Assembly (NCBI RefSeq): GCF_024521635.1
Contig: NW_026250410.1
Span: forward strand, 682,001-746,000
Direction: 5' to 3'
From: Tricharina praecox
Lineage: Eukaryota
DNA length: 64,000 nt
Shown here: positions 26,538-42,203 of the stretch, piece by piece
Layout: each line of letters begins with the position of its first letter
How positions within the stretch are numbered: the stretch's first letter is position 1
Notes under the pieces: model-generated
The model's database searches: none
Told to the model about the DNA's origin: nothing
What the model saw: the letters and a program-made list of their open reading frames with translations, nothing else
Translations under genes and position numbers: made by a program

Positions 26538-27659
26538 TCGACACGACACGTGTAAGCACATGTTCGACGGCGACATGCGGGCTCATGGATCTGCGCGGGT
26601 ATTTAGGAGTTTGAGATCCGGATCTCTGGAAGAACAGACACTCCACTGAGGGGCCGAGATGTGTATCATACCTAGTGCGGCAGCAATACCTGGTCTTGCT
26701 CGCAGGCTAAGTCCGGCCTTGCCGATGCCCATTGTGCAGTGTGCACGGGAGCTCCGGTTTATGCATACCGGTATATGTAGCAACGTTCTCCACGATCTTT
26801 GGGGGTGGGGCCAAGATGCGGTGGGTAGCATTCGAAGTTCGATCGTCGCCAGCGGCCAGCTTCGTGAAGTCGTGTCCGAGTATGATACATACTAAGCAGT
26901 GTTGAGAATTATGGTGCCGAGTACCTATACAATGACGGAGCTATATACCAGTAGATACTAGTAGGACACCAACCGAGGTGTAGCAGCTTGATCGATCAAT
27001 CGATCGCAGTAGGCTGAGGTGGGGATAAGCTCATGTAAGTATGTAAAGCAACGGCATCCGCCCGTTGCGCGGCCATTCGCAGACAGTAGCACTTCTCTAA
27101 CCACATAAATCTATGGTCAAATCATCCACTCCGTTGAAAGCCAGAGCTGGAGCTGAAGCCGCAGCTGAAGCCGCAGCCATGACGTCGGCCGCTCCATCCA
27201 ACACCCGCAATGAGCCCGCCGGCCACGGCCCACGCATCATCATCGTCGGCGGGGGTCGGCCCCCTCCCCCCCTAATTCCAATCCCACGCTTCGCCGCCGC
27301 CACCACCACCACCACCACCACCACAACCACGAAAGGAGGTAGATATCATACGCCTGCCCTTAAAACAGCCAATAGGTATAAACGTTTCCTTTCGCTTTGT
27401 TCTCCTCAGTCCGCAGGCGCAGGCAGCAGTCATGTGTCATCGGTGGTCACATCCACGGTCACATCCATGGCCAATCGCTGCCGCGCCCACTGCCCACCCC
27501 CACTAGTCGAAAAGCCGAAAGAAAAAAAATATATGTATGGACTCCATGATGAAAAGCCCACCGACGACGAAACGGGAACTTGGATCTCCCGCTCTCGCTC
27601 TGTTCTCACTTGCACTTGCAGTTGCAGTTGCAGTTGCATGGACGATCTCGCTCGTCCAT

Positions 27660-27713
27660 CATCCATCCACCATCCTTCATCCATCCACCATCCTTCATCC
27701 ATCCACCATCCTT
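27660..27713. repeat. 18-bp tandem repeat (CATCCATCCACCATCCTT) x3
   Basis: Directly visible. Confidence 0.88.
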
Positions 27714-28612
27714 CATTCATCCACCCATCCTCCATCCATCAAATCCATCCACACCCCACGCATGTGTAGAGAGAACAGACAGGCAGCCCAGCCCGCGCAT
27801 ATGCAGGACGGTGACGATGCGACGTGCATATCAGTTGCTGCTATGCATAGAGTACTTAGAGCAGAGTAGAGTACCCAGAGAGGCCAGTCAACCAAATCGA
27901 GCCGCCGGTCTCTTCTTGTGGGACTGAGGCGGTGTTCTTTGTCGAGGGCCGGCGCGATCCGCGCGCCATGGCGTGTTTTGTTTTTGGCTCCCGTCCACTG
28001 AAGGTAGGGTGGGGGCCGGGGGGGAGGGGGGCTACCTATTCTGGCTAGGTGCCTAGATCGCTGATAGTTATGCGAGTTCGTTGCTGCTGTTGTCGATGTC
28101 GCTGTCGAGTGAAGGAAGAAGCTCTTTTGCCGTTGTTCGAACGATACCTAAACCCTGGTCTTCTCGAATGCTGAGCTCTGTGATGGTGGTGGTATCTAGT
28201 AGTTTCAGCTCTGCAGGCAGTCAGTCTCCAGCGCCGTCCGCGATGAATTCTTTGTCTTTGTCCGTGGCAACGAGTGCAGCGCACTCCGGCGCATCGCATC
28301 AATGGGAGGCCCCGAAAGCACCGACGGACAGATGAACGGAGAAACAGAGAAAGAAACAATTCGGCTGCGCTGCGCAGATGGACGCCGGCTCTGCTTTCTT
28401 TATCTATGGCGGTTCTCTCGCTGGGGCATTCCTCCCTCTCCTCCCTCCTCCCTCCGTGGGTATGCGTATGCGTATGTGTGTGTGTCTGTGTGTGTGACAA
28501 GACGTCCCCATCCCATGCCATCCCATCCCATCCCTTCTGTGGATCGATCATGGTCCGAGCCAGCCAGCCTACCTCTGTACCAGCCAGCCAACAAGGATAT
28601 GTCGAAGTGACG

Positions 28613-28682
28613 ATCCAATCCAATCCAATCCAATCCAATCCAATCCAATCCAATCCAATCCAATCCAATCCAATCCAATCCA
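28613..28682. repeat. Pentanucleotide microsatellite (ATCCA) x14
   Basis: Perfect array, directly visible. Confidence 0.95.
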
Positions 28683-30160
28683 GTGGATTATCCCCCCGCC
28701 CACCCAACCGCTAACAATTCCTAGCGATGGTAGATAATCTGGATGGCTCCGCCTCGCCAGCAACTGTCAAAAATCCCTCGGATCTCGAAAACGGTAGTTG
28801 TAAACGAACGGACGAACGAAACCGGTATCAAACGTATCCAACGCGGCGGGGAGGCGAGACAGCTGATCAACTTGAGGAGGGACGTCGGAAGAAGTCGAAT
28901 GCGAGGGGTGAACGCCCTCCCTCCCCCCCACTGGGCCACTGCCCCAAGGGGGTTTAATTTGGGGCAGGGGGAGGGGGAGGGGCTGCCCTTGCGGATCCTC
29001 CGATCGGGCAGACGACAGAGTGAACTGTACGGTAGGGGGGCAGAAGGCGTCGGGTATAAACCAACGACGCATCAAAGCAACGAATCTGCATCCTCGAGTT
29101 CGTGCGTGCGTGTGGAGATCTAGAGTACCTATCCTCCTCTACCTAGAGTAGAGTCGGTAGAGTTGCGAAGTACCGCAAGCGGAGCTCTCGTACCATGAGA
29201 GGAAGAGAGTGGGGAGTGGGGATGTTACACGGAGCTGAGATTGAGGGGTGTGACCGGTGCCGGGCGATGCGCTCACTTGCATATGTAGAGTACATAATCT
29301 ACCGTATTATGATGACCCCACAGCGTCCGTCCGTTCGCCAGATTCGCCGGATTCGGGTTCGGGTTCCCATCCCCATCGCAAGCAAGCAAGCAGCAGTCGA
29401 CTGGATTGATGGTCGCTGGCGCCGTGGCGATGAAATCCGAATACGGTACCTATGAAATCCGAACCGTGAAAGGCTCATGGTTCGTCCTATCCTTAGGCTT
29501 CACGTCGCTCGAGAGTACATATTCCTCGAAGCGACCCAGTGGAACGTCACATGGCCCATGGTCGAGATGGGACGCCGTGTAAAGCCCATCGTGCGGAGTC
29601 TGGAGTGGGTATAGTATGGTACCTACCTGGTCCTCCGCCTTAGGTACCGAGTACACTTCACCACCTGCTTTTACTTCGAGCGATATCGCAGAAAATCAAA
29701 AGCAAAAGAACTCCCACTGCACTGCATTCGGAAAAGAAGTCCAGCCATTCATCCCCCCATCATCCCTTCTTTCCAACCTTCCAGCTCCTGCTCCTGTGCG
29801 CCGGGATCTCAAGAGTCAAAGGGCCTTGTCGCTGTCTGTCTGCCTGTCTGCAAGAGATGTCGACATCCGTGTAACCTTCGTCTATCTCTGGCCGGCGCTG
29901 CTAATAATAGATCGGCAACTGATCTACATACACGCAACAGACGACCAACCTCCTCTGCGCCTGCGGACCTCATCGTACATACACACCGGTAGTGCGGTTA
30001 AACATGAGGCTTCGCTCGACTCGACTCGACTCGGCCACGACGAGACGGAAGCATGAACGGAATGAATGGAATACGGTTTGAATAATGAGTGGGGTAGGTA
30101 TACTAGTGTAAATACAATGCGACGAAAACAACAGTCACTCAGTCACTCAGTAACTACCAC

Positions 30161-31781
30161 CTAGTACTTGCGCCTCGGCCCGTACTTCGCCCACGCCTCA
30201 TCGAAGCCGACACTCCTGGCCCACTGGACGCCCTCCTCTTCGACCGAGTCCATACCTACACGCACATCACATCAGTCCCGCCCGCACCCCTCGTCCGTAG
30301 GAAAACTTACACATCTGCGCAATCTTGATCCACATATCCCCTTGGACGACAAAGCCCTCCTTCTCATGATCCTGGTATTGGGCGCAAATCCTCTCACCAT
30401 GCATACAAGCGCGGATAAACTTGACGACGTGTCCGTCATCCTCCCGCTTTAGCGCCCGCGAGATGATGTTGAGCCATGGATTGGTGGCGGAAGACGCTTC
30501 TTTGGCCGTGTAGTTGCGGATGTCGTCGACGCGGAGGACCGGCGAGCGCCGGGAGGCGTACAGTGCTAGGTCGTGCCGTGACTTCCATTCCAGTAGGCGC
30601 GCCTTTGCGGTGTCCGGCAGCCAGGGCTGCGAGAGGTATGCCGGCAGGAAGATGGAGGAGTTGTGGGAGTGCATGTAGCTATCATCACGAGTCAGCACTC
30701 GTCGGTATCATCCAACGAGAAAAGGTGGGGTAGGGGGACACACTAAAAATCAATACGGATCTCCTTATCCTCCCTCTGCGCCGCAGCGGTAAAGAGTGCA
30801 GCTGCATTAATGCTTTCTGCCATCTTCGCCTGCAGCTTGTCGACAGGCACCGTGTACCGGCTGAGGTACGAGAGCATCTCCTGCGGCGCCCGCTGCAGGA
30901 TCCCTTTGATTTTGTTCCCGTCGCTCCACTTGGGTGCGTCCCGGAGCTTGACATCTTCGCGGATCTCGTCAAGGAGCGTTACCAACGTGGTAGCGCTGGT
31001 GTCGTCCTTCGCCTAGCCCATCTGTCAGCACCTCTTCCTCCCACAAGCCGGAACAACCTACCTCCCGTGCGGCCACCTCCGCCGGAATCAGCAGACCACC
31101 AAGCCAATTAGCCTCTACGGCGGCCATCGCCAGGCCCTCCGCCACAACCGCCGGCAATCCAAACTCGAGGCCATAGCCTATGTGTATGAACGGGTGCAAA
31201 AACCCCGCAAACAGCCGGACCAGCATATCCTCTGCTTTAGGCGAGCCATCGAACAGCTGGTTTATCAAGGTGTCTTCGACGCCGTAGATCTCTATCTCCC
31301 TCGAGAAGTACCTTAGGAACGGGATATAGCACTCATCCTTGCCCAGGGACTTCTCCCACTGCGCGGGATCGGCCAGGTCGATTGCCGGTGGAGCTGGGAG
31401 CGCGAAAAGGGCACGTTGGTAGGCGGATTCACGCTCGTAGCCGCTCTGGATGAGCGGCGCCGGGGCGCCGAGTGAGTAGATCGCCAGCAGGTAGTGCGCT
31501 ATGTGGTTGTGGAAACCGTCGTTGTTGAAGTATATGTGGTTGCGCTCGTGGTTTTCGGTCAGCGCGGCGCTTGTGGCCGCGGCGGAGGCGGGCGTCAGGC
31601 CCGGAAACGGGACGATCCCGTGGGTCTGGGGCGTGAGCACGATCTGGGATGTGGTCGTAGACATGCTGCGCTGGTGCTGCTGGTTGTGATGGTGCTGAGG
31701 ATGATGATGGTGCTGCTGGTAGACGATTGATGTTGATCGTGTGAATTGACGGTTTATAAGTCGCAGTCTGAATGCTTGCAT
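30161..31781 (-). CDS. Questin oxidase-like / HypA-like (DUF4243) oxidoreductase, 4 exons
   Basis: NHIYFNNDGFHNHIAHYLLAIYSLGA, LFAGFLHPFIHIGYGLEF..VAEGLAMAA, IDF|YYMHSHNSSIFL..KARLLEWK, DDGHVVKFIRA, and last exon WARSVGFDEAWAKYGPRRKY* (stop 30163-30161). Start is ATG 31781 or 31664. Confidence 0.85.
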
Positions 31782-32496
31782 TTTAAACCTCCATAGAACA
31801 GAAGAGTGTATGTACACGGAGTCCCTTTGATAGACCGTGACGCTCTAGATCGTCGAGAGTACACGAGCGACATTGGTAGTGCAGTCTGTCGAGCCCTGGC
31901 ACTATTACTAACATGACGTCTATGTACAACACGGGCCCGTCCTACCCGAAATGCGGGGATTGCGATTCGACGGTTGCGCCTGTGTATGCACTTACTCTAC
32001 TGCAGATCTAACTGGAGGAACCTCGTATTGTTTAGCCGCTTCTATCCTACAAAGTAGACAGACCTTTTGCCATCGATCCATCCCAACAAAGCATATGTCG
32101 CACGAAAGGGATGGTTGATAATCTACGATTCTTGCCCGCAATGCGGATTATCGAGACGGACTGTTTACATGTCCGATTGGCACGAATATGAGACGATTTT
32201 TTTGTTTTCTCATCATTTGCATTCGACCTTTTTAGATCATGACAATTACAGCCGGTTCCACCCCACTGTCCTACCCGCACGCAGATGGCCCTCCGCCCGG
32301 CCCGGGAATATGAGACGATTCACATGTGCTAATTGAAATACGAGCGTTAGTGAGTATTCGCCGCTATGATACAACCAAAGCTTCAGAATACTCCCATTGA
32401 AAGAAGAAATGAACCCCCCAAACATGAAGAAAAAAGAGCTGCAAAAGACACAAGTATGGACGGCAGAGGTTGGTATCATACTGCCAGCCCAGTCTA

Positions 32497-34173
<1,677 letters not shown>

Positions 34174-36271
34174 TTTAGCAGCTAGATGGGATAGAAGAGC
34201 GGTGAATTTCGTGGTGTCGGTGTTGAGTTTAGTGTTTTGTTAGGTGTGGTGAGTCGAAGATGAAGGACGTGTTTGAGTTGCTGGGATCACGTCGGAGTTG
34301 GCGCGTTGTGCTTCAGCTAGTTCTTGTCTTGGCACACGGAGCCGTATATATTCGACGTTTGGGGGCTTTGAGCCGCTGCTTCCTCCGGGGCAGGGCCGCG
34401 GGGCGTTGCGACTGGAGATCCACGGGCCGATCAACGGCCATATTTTCCTAAGCGCGTCTGACACCGGTATCTGATCATATCTTCTATATACCGCCTTCTC
34501 CATATCGTATCCTCTAATGAAGCCTCACCTTCATGATAACAACTGTAGTTACCGATCTCTTTTAAAATTCCGCGCTTAATTCTCAGAAAATCTCCAAAGC
34601 AGAAAACAAAAACCCCCACAATCTGATTTCCGATTAGCCGCGAGAATTACCAGATCGGGAGCTCGTCTTACGCTAAGAGGTGTGACTCTTTTGTGAGTTC
34701 ATACGGTATCCTCACCTACTTGGTAATAGAGTAGAGTATCCAGTGTCACAAAATTCTCTTTCCATCCATCTAATAACCGCTCTATTCTTGTCGTTTCCCA
34801 ATAACCGCCGTTGTACGGTCTAAAACTTACCGCCCCTTCCTCTAAGTGTAGCTTCATGACCATCTCGAAGTCGTTCGGTAATAGGTACTGTTCAATAACA
34901 ATTGGGCTAACTGAAGCGTAATATACGGAGGTTGGAATATGCAAGCACTAGCACATCGCCACGAATTCCGTCTTGAAAACGACCGCGGAGTCGTCATTTT
35001 TTTTTCGAGTTCCCGGTAGAGAGGAGGAACAGCTTCACCAGCACATTAAGCCTTCCCCTATCAGCTCACCGATGGCTCACGAAGGAAGGTCTTGAGTAAG
35101 AGTTCGTGCTTGAGACACGATACGACCCTCGAAGCCTTGGGAAACGAGGCTGTCCAAGCTCTATTGAACTCGTACAGAACTGACGAAGTTTTGTTTTAGA
35201 AAAGGTGGATACTTATGCTGGTATGTGCGGGCAAGGGCGTCGGGACCGGAGTAGTATCGGTGCTCTGGAGGTTGGAGTAACTGTAGAAAGACGATATGTC
35301 ATATGTACCTAAGATGTAGTTTGGAGGAGTTTGGACCACAGCCGTCCTGTTACGGCCATCCAGTTCACCAGTTCACTACAATTGCTGCGTCAGTAATCAT
35401 TGGGAGACTCATCAAACTATAAGATAAGAGTCAGTCCTTGGCAATGCCCGAAAATGGAGAGGCTGTTTAAGGTATTGAAGAAAAAATATCATGATATGGA
35501 TTAGTTTCGACGAGGTTTTGTTTCCCTTACGCTTTCGTCTTATTTCGTGGGGTTTCGTCTGGAGGACTACTCTGGTTCATATCATTTTAGTTCGAGGAAG
35601 AACCTACTAAAGTTTGTTTCATGGACGTGTTCGTTACATCTCGTAGAGACGTTCGCTTCGTTTCGTATCGATGTTTCTTTCGTTAATGCATGATTCTGGT
35701 CTTGGGGAAATAAAGGAAATATTTCTTGCGGACTTTGGACAAAAATTAAGTTAAGTCGACTAAGAACTTAAAATACTTAAAGTAGATACATCATACTTCT
35801 TACAGAACAGAAAGCCTAGATGCCATGTCGACAGTGTGAGTCGAACAAATCTGGAGTGATGTATTGGAACTCGAGAGGGGATTCCCCAGCATGCGACATC
35901 CGACTTTACTCCGATTGGTCGCAGCAGTCGCTCTGACTAATCGACAAGGAATGCAAGGCCAAGCTTCCCGCTCCGAGTTGCTCACCTAGAGTCATCCACA
36001 ATACACGCCACCATTACTCGAACAAACGATTTCGATTCGAGGAGCAAGACGAAGAGCAGGCCCTTGGATAATTCACGGCACCAAACTTTTACAGGTTGCC
36101 TGAGGAAGTTTCTTTCCTTTTCACTCATCTGTTTGACCTTTTCATTTCTTAATCAACTCAGCCCCATCGCCGCTTGACGAGTGGAGTCGGTTCTTCTACA
36201 CCTACCACCTTCGACTACACTTTCATTTCGGAACCACATCGTCTCATCTACGAACGATCGCATCTGCAGCC

Positions 36272-39200
36272 ATGGGTGTCCCAAAGTTCTTCCGATGGAT
36301 CTCTGAACGCTATCCGACAATCTCGCAGCTCATTGCGGAGAATAGGATCCCCGAATTCGACAACCTCTATGTAAGCTTATCCCTCGGTGGCGTTGGCTGC
36401 GGTAGTGGTGGTGGTGCACGAGGTTGGAGCGGCGCTGGAGTGGCAGCGCAATTTGCGGAAAGAGACTATGCTGAGAATGTGCAAAGCTTGACATGAACGG
36501 CATCATCCATAATTGCACACACAAGGATGGCGACAGCGCAACGTTCCGCATGACGGAGGATCAGATGTTCATCCAGATCTTCAACTACATCGAGCACCTG
36601 TTCGGTCAGATCAAGCCGCAGAAACTCTTCTTCATGGCCATCGATGGAGTCGCTCCTCGCGCGAAGATGAACCAACAACGAGCTCGACGGTTTAGAACTG
36701 CGCTAGATGCAGAGAAGGCTCACATGGAGGCGGTTCGGAAAGGGGTAGAGATGCCCAAAGAAGACGCCTTTGACAGCAATTGCATCACTCCGGGTTAGTT
36801 GTGGAATGTCCAGAGGTTGTGTGGAACCGCTGATTGCTAATGGGCGAACTTAGGAACGGAGTTCATGGCGCGGTTGACCGAGCAACTCAAGTATTTCGTT
36901 AGCAAGAAGGTGTCGGAAGACGGCGACTGGCAAGGCGTCGAGATCATTTTGTCTGGCCACGAGGTACCCGGAGAAGGAGAGCACAAGATCATGGAGTACA
37001 TCCGTTTAGCGAAAGCGCAGCCCGACTACGACTCGAACGTTCGGCATTGTCTCTACGGCTTAGACGCCGATCTAATCATGTTGGGGCTGTTATCGCACGA
37101 CCCACATTTCTGTTTACTGCGAGAAGAGGTTACGTTTGGACGTGCAACCCGGGGGAAGGCGAAGGAGCTAGAGCATCAGAATTTCTTTCTGATGCATCTC
37201 AGCGTGGTACGGGAGTACTTAGAGCACGAATTCCAGGAGTTACGGCAGCCAGGAGTTATGAGCTTTCCTTACGATTTGGAGAGGATTATTGACGATTTCA
37301 TTTTGCTCGCTTTCTTTGTCGGCAACGATTTTTTACCCAATTTGCCGAATCTGCACATCAACGAAGGCGCATTGGCGTTGCAGTTTGAGACCTACAAGAA
37401 GATTCTGCCCCGGGCGGGTGGATATTTGAACGAACACGGTGTAATAAACCTCGGTCGGCTGCGGTTGCTACTTGACGAGCTTGGTCAATTCGAGCAGAAG
37501 GACTTCGAGAGGGAGAGCGAGGATGGCAATTGGCTCAAAAGCAAGCAGCCTGGCGCCTTGGCGGCCATTGAGAAGGCGAAGAAGAAGGGCAAGCTTGTCC
37601 TGTCAACACAACAGATGGCATTGTTCAAGCAGATCAAGAAGTGGTTGCTCAATGTCCAGAAAACGAAGAATACCGCCGAACCCACTGCGCTGGATCTACC
37701 AGCCACACTTGCTGCCAAGGATAGGAAGTTTGTGGAGGACGTCGCTCGTGATCTGAACCTCCAGTACGAAAGGATTTTGGGCGACGACGGGGAGCTTAGT
37801 CAGCGAATCAGTATGCTCCCGACGATCGGCGGTGATGAGAGCGAGGATGACGAGGAAGGACAACTGGCAGTGCAAAGAGTGTTCCGCCAGTACGAGAGAG
37901 CCCAAGTCATAGACGTTTCTCCTGAGGAAGCGCAGGAGGAAATGCAAAAGAAATACGATCAGAAATTCTATGAATGGAGGAACGATTACTACAAGAGCAA
38001 GTTCGGGTTCGGCTTGGACAACGAGGTGGAAATGAAGAAGTTGACGGAGAACTACGTCGAGGGTCTTCAATGGGTTCTCTACTACTACTATAGAGGAGTG
38101 GTTTCGTGGCCATGGTTCTACAAGTACCACTATTCCCCGAGGATTTCCGGTAGGCAAAAACATCTAACTCAACCCACACCAATACTAATTATGATATTTA
38201 GATATCTCAAAAGGGCTAGGGGCAAACCTCAACTTCAGGTTGGGACAGCCTTTCAGGCCCTTCGAGCAGTTGATGGGTGTCCTCCCGGATCGCAGTAAGA
38301 AGATCGTGCCATCGGCCTATCATGAACTCATGACCTCGTCGAGTTCGCCGATCATCGACTTCTACCCAAGAGATTTCGAGCTCGACATGAACGGAAAGAA
38401 GATGGAATGGGAGGCTGTAGTAAAAATCCCGTTCATCGAAGAAGACCGTCTGTTGCAGGCTATGAGAACGAAGGAAGCAAATTTGACTACCGCTCAGCGA
38501 CTTCGCAACGAGTTTGGAGTCACGTTGAAGTTCACCTATGACCCGCAGCTGGATTATTTATACGAAAGCAGCATGCAGGGTGTGTTTCCGGATATTCCGC
38601 ATTGCCGCTGCAATCTCAACATCTACGAGCTTCCTACCCTTGAAGGTCTGGATATCATTGTTGGACTTTGTGAGGGAGCTAAGCTCGGGGCGGATGCGTT
38701 GGCTGGGTTCCCTAGTTTAAGCACTTTGGATCACATAGCTCAATTGGGTTTCCATGGCGTCGCTGTTTTCCAGCAAGACAGCCGGAACGAGAGCATGATA
38801 TTGACATTAGCGAATGCCTTCGAAGGCGGAAAGGTTCAGGCGGCGCAGCAGATGATTGGGAAGAGAGCATTTGTTGGTATGTGGCGCAAGATCTCTCCGT
38901 CAATGACCGTACACGAGCCTAACTGTGTCTAGGCTATCCTTTCTTGCAAGAGGCGAAAATCAATTCGGTGTCGGACGAGATGTTCAGGTACATGCTTTCG
39001 GACCAAGGTCAGGACGAGGGACAAATTATTCCCGTTCCACACGGTCCGGCTGAGCTCGCCAACTGGAGGCGGAAATCCGAGAGAATCGAAAACCACTACT
39101 CCAAGCGAATGGGAATCGTTACCGGGCCAGTCGAAGTTCTATTCCACGTTGAGATGTTGAAGGGTATGCGCAAGACGGACGAGGGTGCAGTAGTCAAGGA

Positions 39201-40776
39201 ATACGGTCCCATTCCCGGTGTGGAGACGGATTACGCTGCGCAGACGATTGTATGGAATGTGGTCAGTGAGGATCAGCGGTTCCTAGAGAAGGCGCCTCTT
39301 CCCATCGAAGAAGAGTTCCCGGAGGGTGCCAGAGCGTTCTTCCTCGGGGAGTTCAACTACGGAAGGCCTTTGGAGGTCATCAGGCACAACGACAATCGCA
39401 CCGACATCTGGATATCTACAATGGTAACTACCGTGCGCACATTTTGTATCGACTAGACTGTACTAACTTGTGAACAGCAAGCAAAAGAGCCGGATTTTGC
39501 CAAGCAGTTTATTCAACGGGCTGAGCAGTCTACTCCCTACGTGGCCTCTTACCGTTTGGCTCGCCAACTCGGCCTGAATCCGTTGGTGCTGAGTAAAATC
39601 ACATCCAGCTTCCAGGTCCTCGTTGGCGACCAACGCGTGAACCTGGGTCTCAACCTGAAATTTGAGGCCAAGAAGCTGAAAGTGCTTGGCTACTCCCGCA
39701 AGAATCAGGGCGGATGGGAGTTTTCGAACAAAGCCGTTGCCCTCATTGAGGATTATATGAAGAGTTTTCCACAATTCTTCACAGCGCTCATGAGGAACCC
39801 GCACGGTGACCTCTACAAAGACACCGATTTCTACGATCCCAGCGAAAGCAAGCAGAAGATCAACGAGATCAAGGACTGGTTAAAGACCTTTGACAGCAAG
39901 GGCTTCGAGAAGGTACCTCTGGAGGCCATGCAGCTCGATGGAGATGTCGTCATGCAAATCGAGAAAGCTATGGATGCATTCGACAGTGGTTCTCGGGTCC
40001 CTAAGAGGGTCAAGAACGTTCCTCGCAAAGCACTCCTCAAGCCGGTGGATGCCGAACATCGACTGGCGCATCAGCGTTTCGACCTGGGCGACAGGGTCGT
40101 CTACGTGCAAGACTCGGGCAAAGTTCCAATTGCCTCGCGCGGAACAGTCATTGGCCTCACTCGAACGTCCAGGATCACTCTCATCGATGTCGTCTGGGAT
40201 TTCACCTTCATGAGCGGAACTACCCTAGGCAATAGGTGCTCTCCATTCAGGGGCATGACGGTCCCGGTTTCCTCGGTGCTTAACCTTACATCTCGCCAAC
40301 TGATAGCTGGCACGAAAGCGAGCAACCAGTATAAGCCTGTGCCGCCGCCAGCTCCGTTGACGAGCAGTTACGCCGACGCAACAATGGGACCCCCCTCTGG
40401 CTCACCCTCGCCGCAGCCAGCCAACGGCTTCCGTGGAGGTCGTGGAGGTGGGCGTGGACGCGGCGGCTACGATCAGCAGCAGCAGCCCGGAAGAGGTGGT
40501 TTCGTCCCGCGAGGCCCGACGGTGCTCAGTCGCCGTGGCGGACCCCCCGGCGCACCGACCATTCTCCCACGCGGCGGAGCCCAGGGTGTTCAGGGAATTC
40601 AGCACATGCCAGACGGGCAGCAGGGGGCCAATACGTCTAATACTGGCCAGTACCAAGCTGTACCACCACCGGCCATCTTTCATCGTGGAAGGGGAGGATC
40701 GAGAGGCGGACGCGGCGGAAGAGGTGGAAGAGGCGGTGGACCCGGAAGGTTCTCCACCACTGGCGATCGCCAGTAA
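36272..40776 (+). CDS. XRN1: 5'-3' exoribonuclease 1 (multi-exon)
   Basis: MGVPKFFRWISERYP..FDNLY|LDMNGIIH, AIDGVAPRAKMNQQRARRF, FDSNCITPG, PGEGEHKIMEYIR, YGLDADLIMLGL, VGNDFLP; Xrn1-specific C-terminal domains (NLGLNLKF, FDLGDRVVYV) and an RGG tail. Confidence 0.97.
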
Positions 40777-42203
40777 CTGCCATTACTGTCGCGGCAGCAG
40801 CAGTTGAACCTCGTTGGATATCTAGAGTCAATAGTATGGCTCTAGTTATCTCTAGAGGTTCTTCTCAGCTAGGCGAAAGAGGCGTAAGGGTGAAACATGG
40901 GGGGTGATCTGGCGGAAGATGTCTTGTGGTACTCTACTTGCTTTTTACGATCGCTACCTAATACTTTGTAAACTTTGTTTAGATAGTGATGGGTGGCTAT
41001 GATATGGAGGTTTTGTAGCACTTTGTTGTATTTCCCAGGAGCTCTTTGTGTTGTGTCTGGTCACCTGTTGCTTATGTTCTTGCTCATGGTTACTGGTGCA
41101 TCGGTGTTTATCCGGGAGTGGATGGAAGGGTGTAGATTTTACTGAGTAGGTGTCGGTACGGAATATTGTGGGCGTACTCGGGGTCGAGGAGGTGGATACG
41201 GATATGAGTAATGATGTGTCAATTCGTCAAGATGTGGCGAGACGAGAATTGATCATTACCTAGCACCCTCTGCCAGTGCGGAACTATCTCCAATCATCAA
41301 AGTGACCACTTTAAGGCTCTGGATTCATGCGAAGTCATCTAGTAAAATCACATGATGCCGTCGCTGGCACGGTTGAGCGCGTCTTCACCGTTCTGCGGCG
41401 GACATCGAGGTGTGGGGGAGAAGGCACCCCCCCTCCACCGAGTGTCCGTGCGTTCGAACTGGGCCGCTCAGTATCTGTTGGTCCGGCACGGCTGTGGAAA
41501 AGGAACATTGTGCATTAGCGCAATGGCGAAGTCACTGTGCCACAGAATTGAGCCACGACTGAACCCGACTCTAAACTCCTTCTGAGTGGTTGTGGCACGC
41601 ACTGATGCACAACACACACTTTCCTCCTTTTGTGCCGGAGCAAGGGATAGTGTCCTTGGCAGAGAAACCTCACCTCTTCAGTTGTGCGAGGCCTCTGTAT
41701 GCGGGAGACCTCGGTGAACGCGCCAACCAACCATCATGTCTGCCAAACGCGCTCGAAACTCACTCGACGAAGTCGCCGGAAACCCCCGGAAGAAGATCAA
41801 GGACGCGCCGGGAACAACTGCGCCTGCCGAAACGTTCACGCCGTTAACGCATCCGAGACCAGAGCATCTGGGTGTACCACGAGTCCCCCAGGGGACAGAG
41901 TTATCACCGCTAGCCATCTTCTCACTCTACTGGGACGATGAGATTCTCAAACAGATCGTTGTGGCGACCAACCTCTGCGCGGAGTTTAAGCGGCGTCGAA
42001 CTTCAGCCCCCCGGCGAGTATGGAAGCCATTGACGATTGTCGAGTTGAAGTGGTTTCTCGGCGCGACTATCTTTATGGGTGTGGTCAAGGCACCGCAACG
42101 TGTCGACTACTGGGACCGCCGGGGATCGGTTACGCTGCCAAATAAATCGTTGTCGCTCGTCAGGTACGAACAGATCAAGCGGTTTCTTCACATCTCCATG
42201 CCA

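Noticed and set aside
28045..28763. ORFs with LDWIG / IQSNP repeats
   Set aside because: Translations of the (ATCCA)14 microsatellite.
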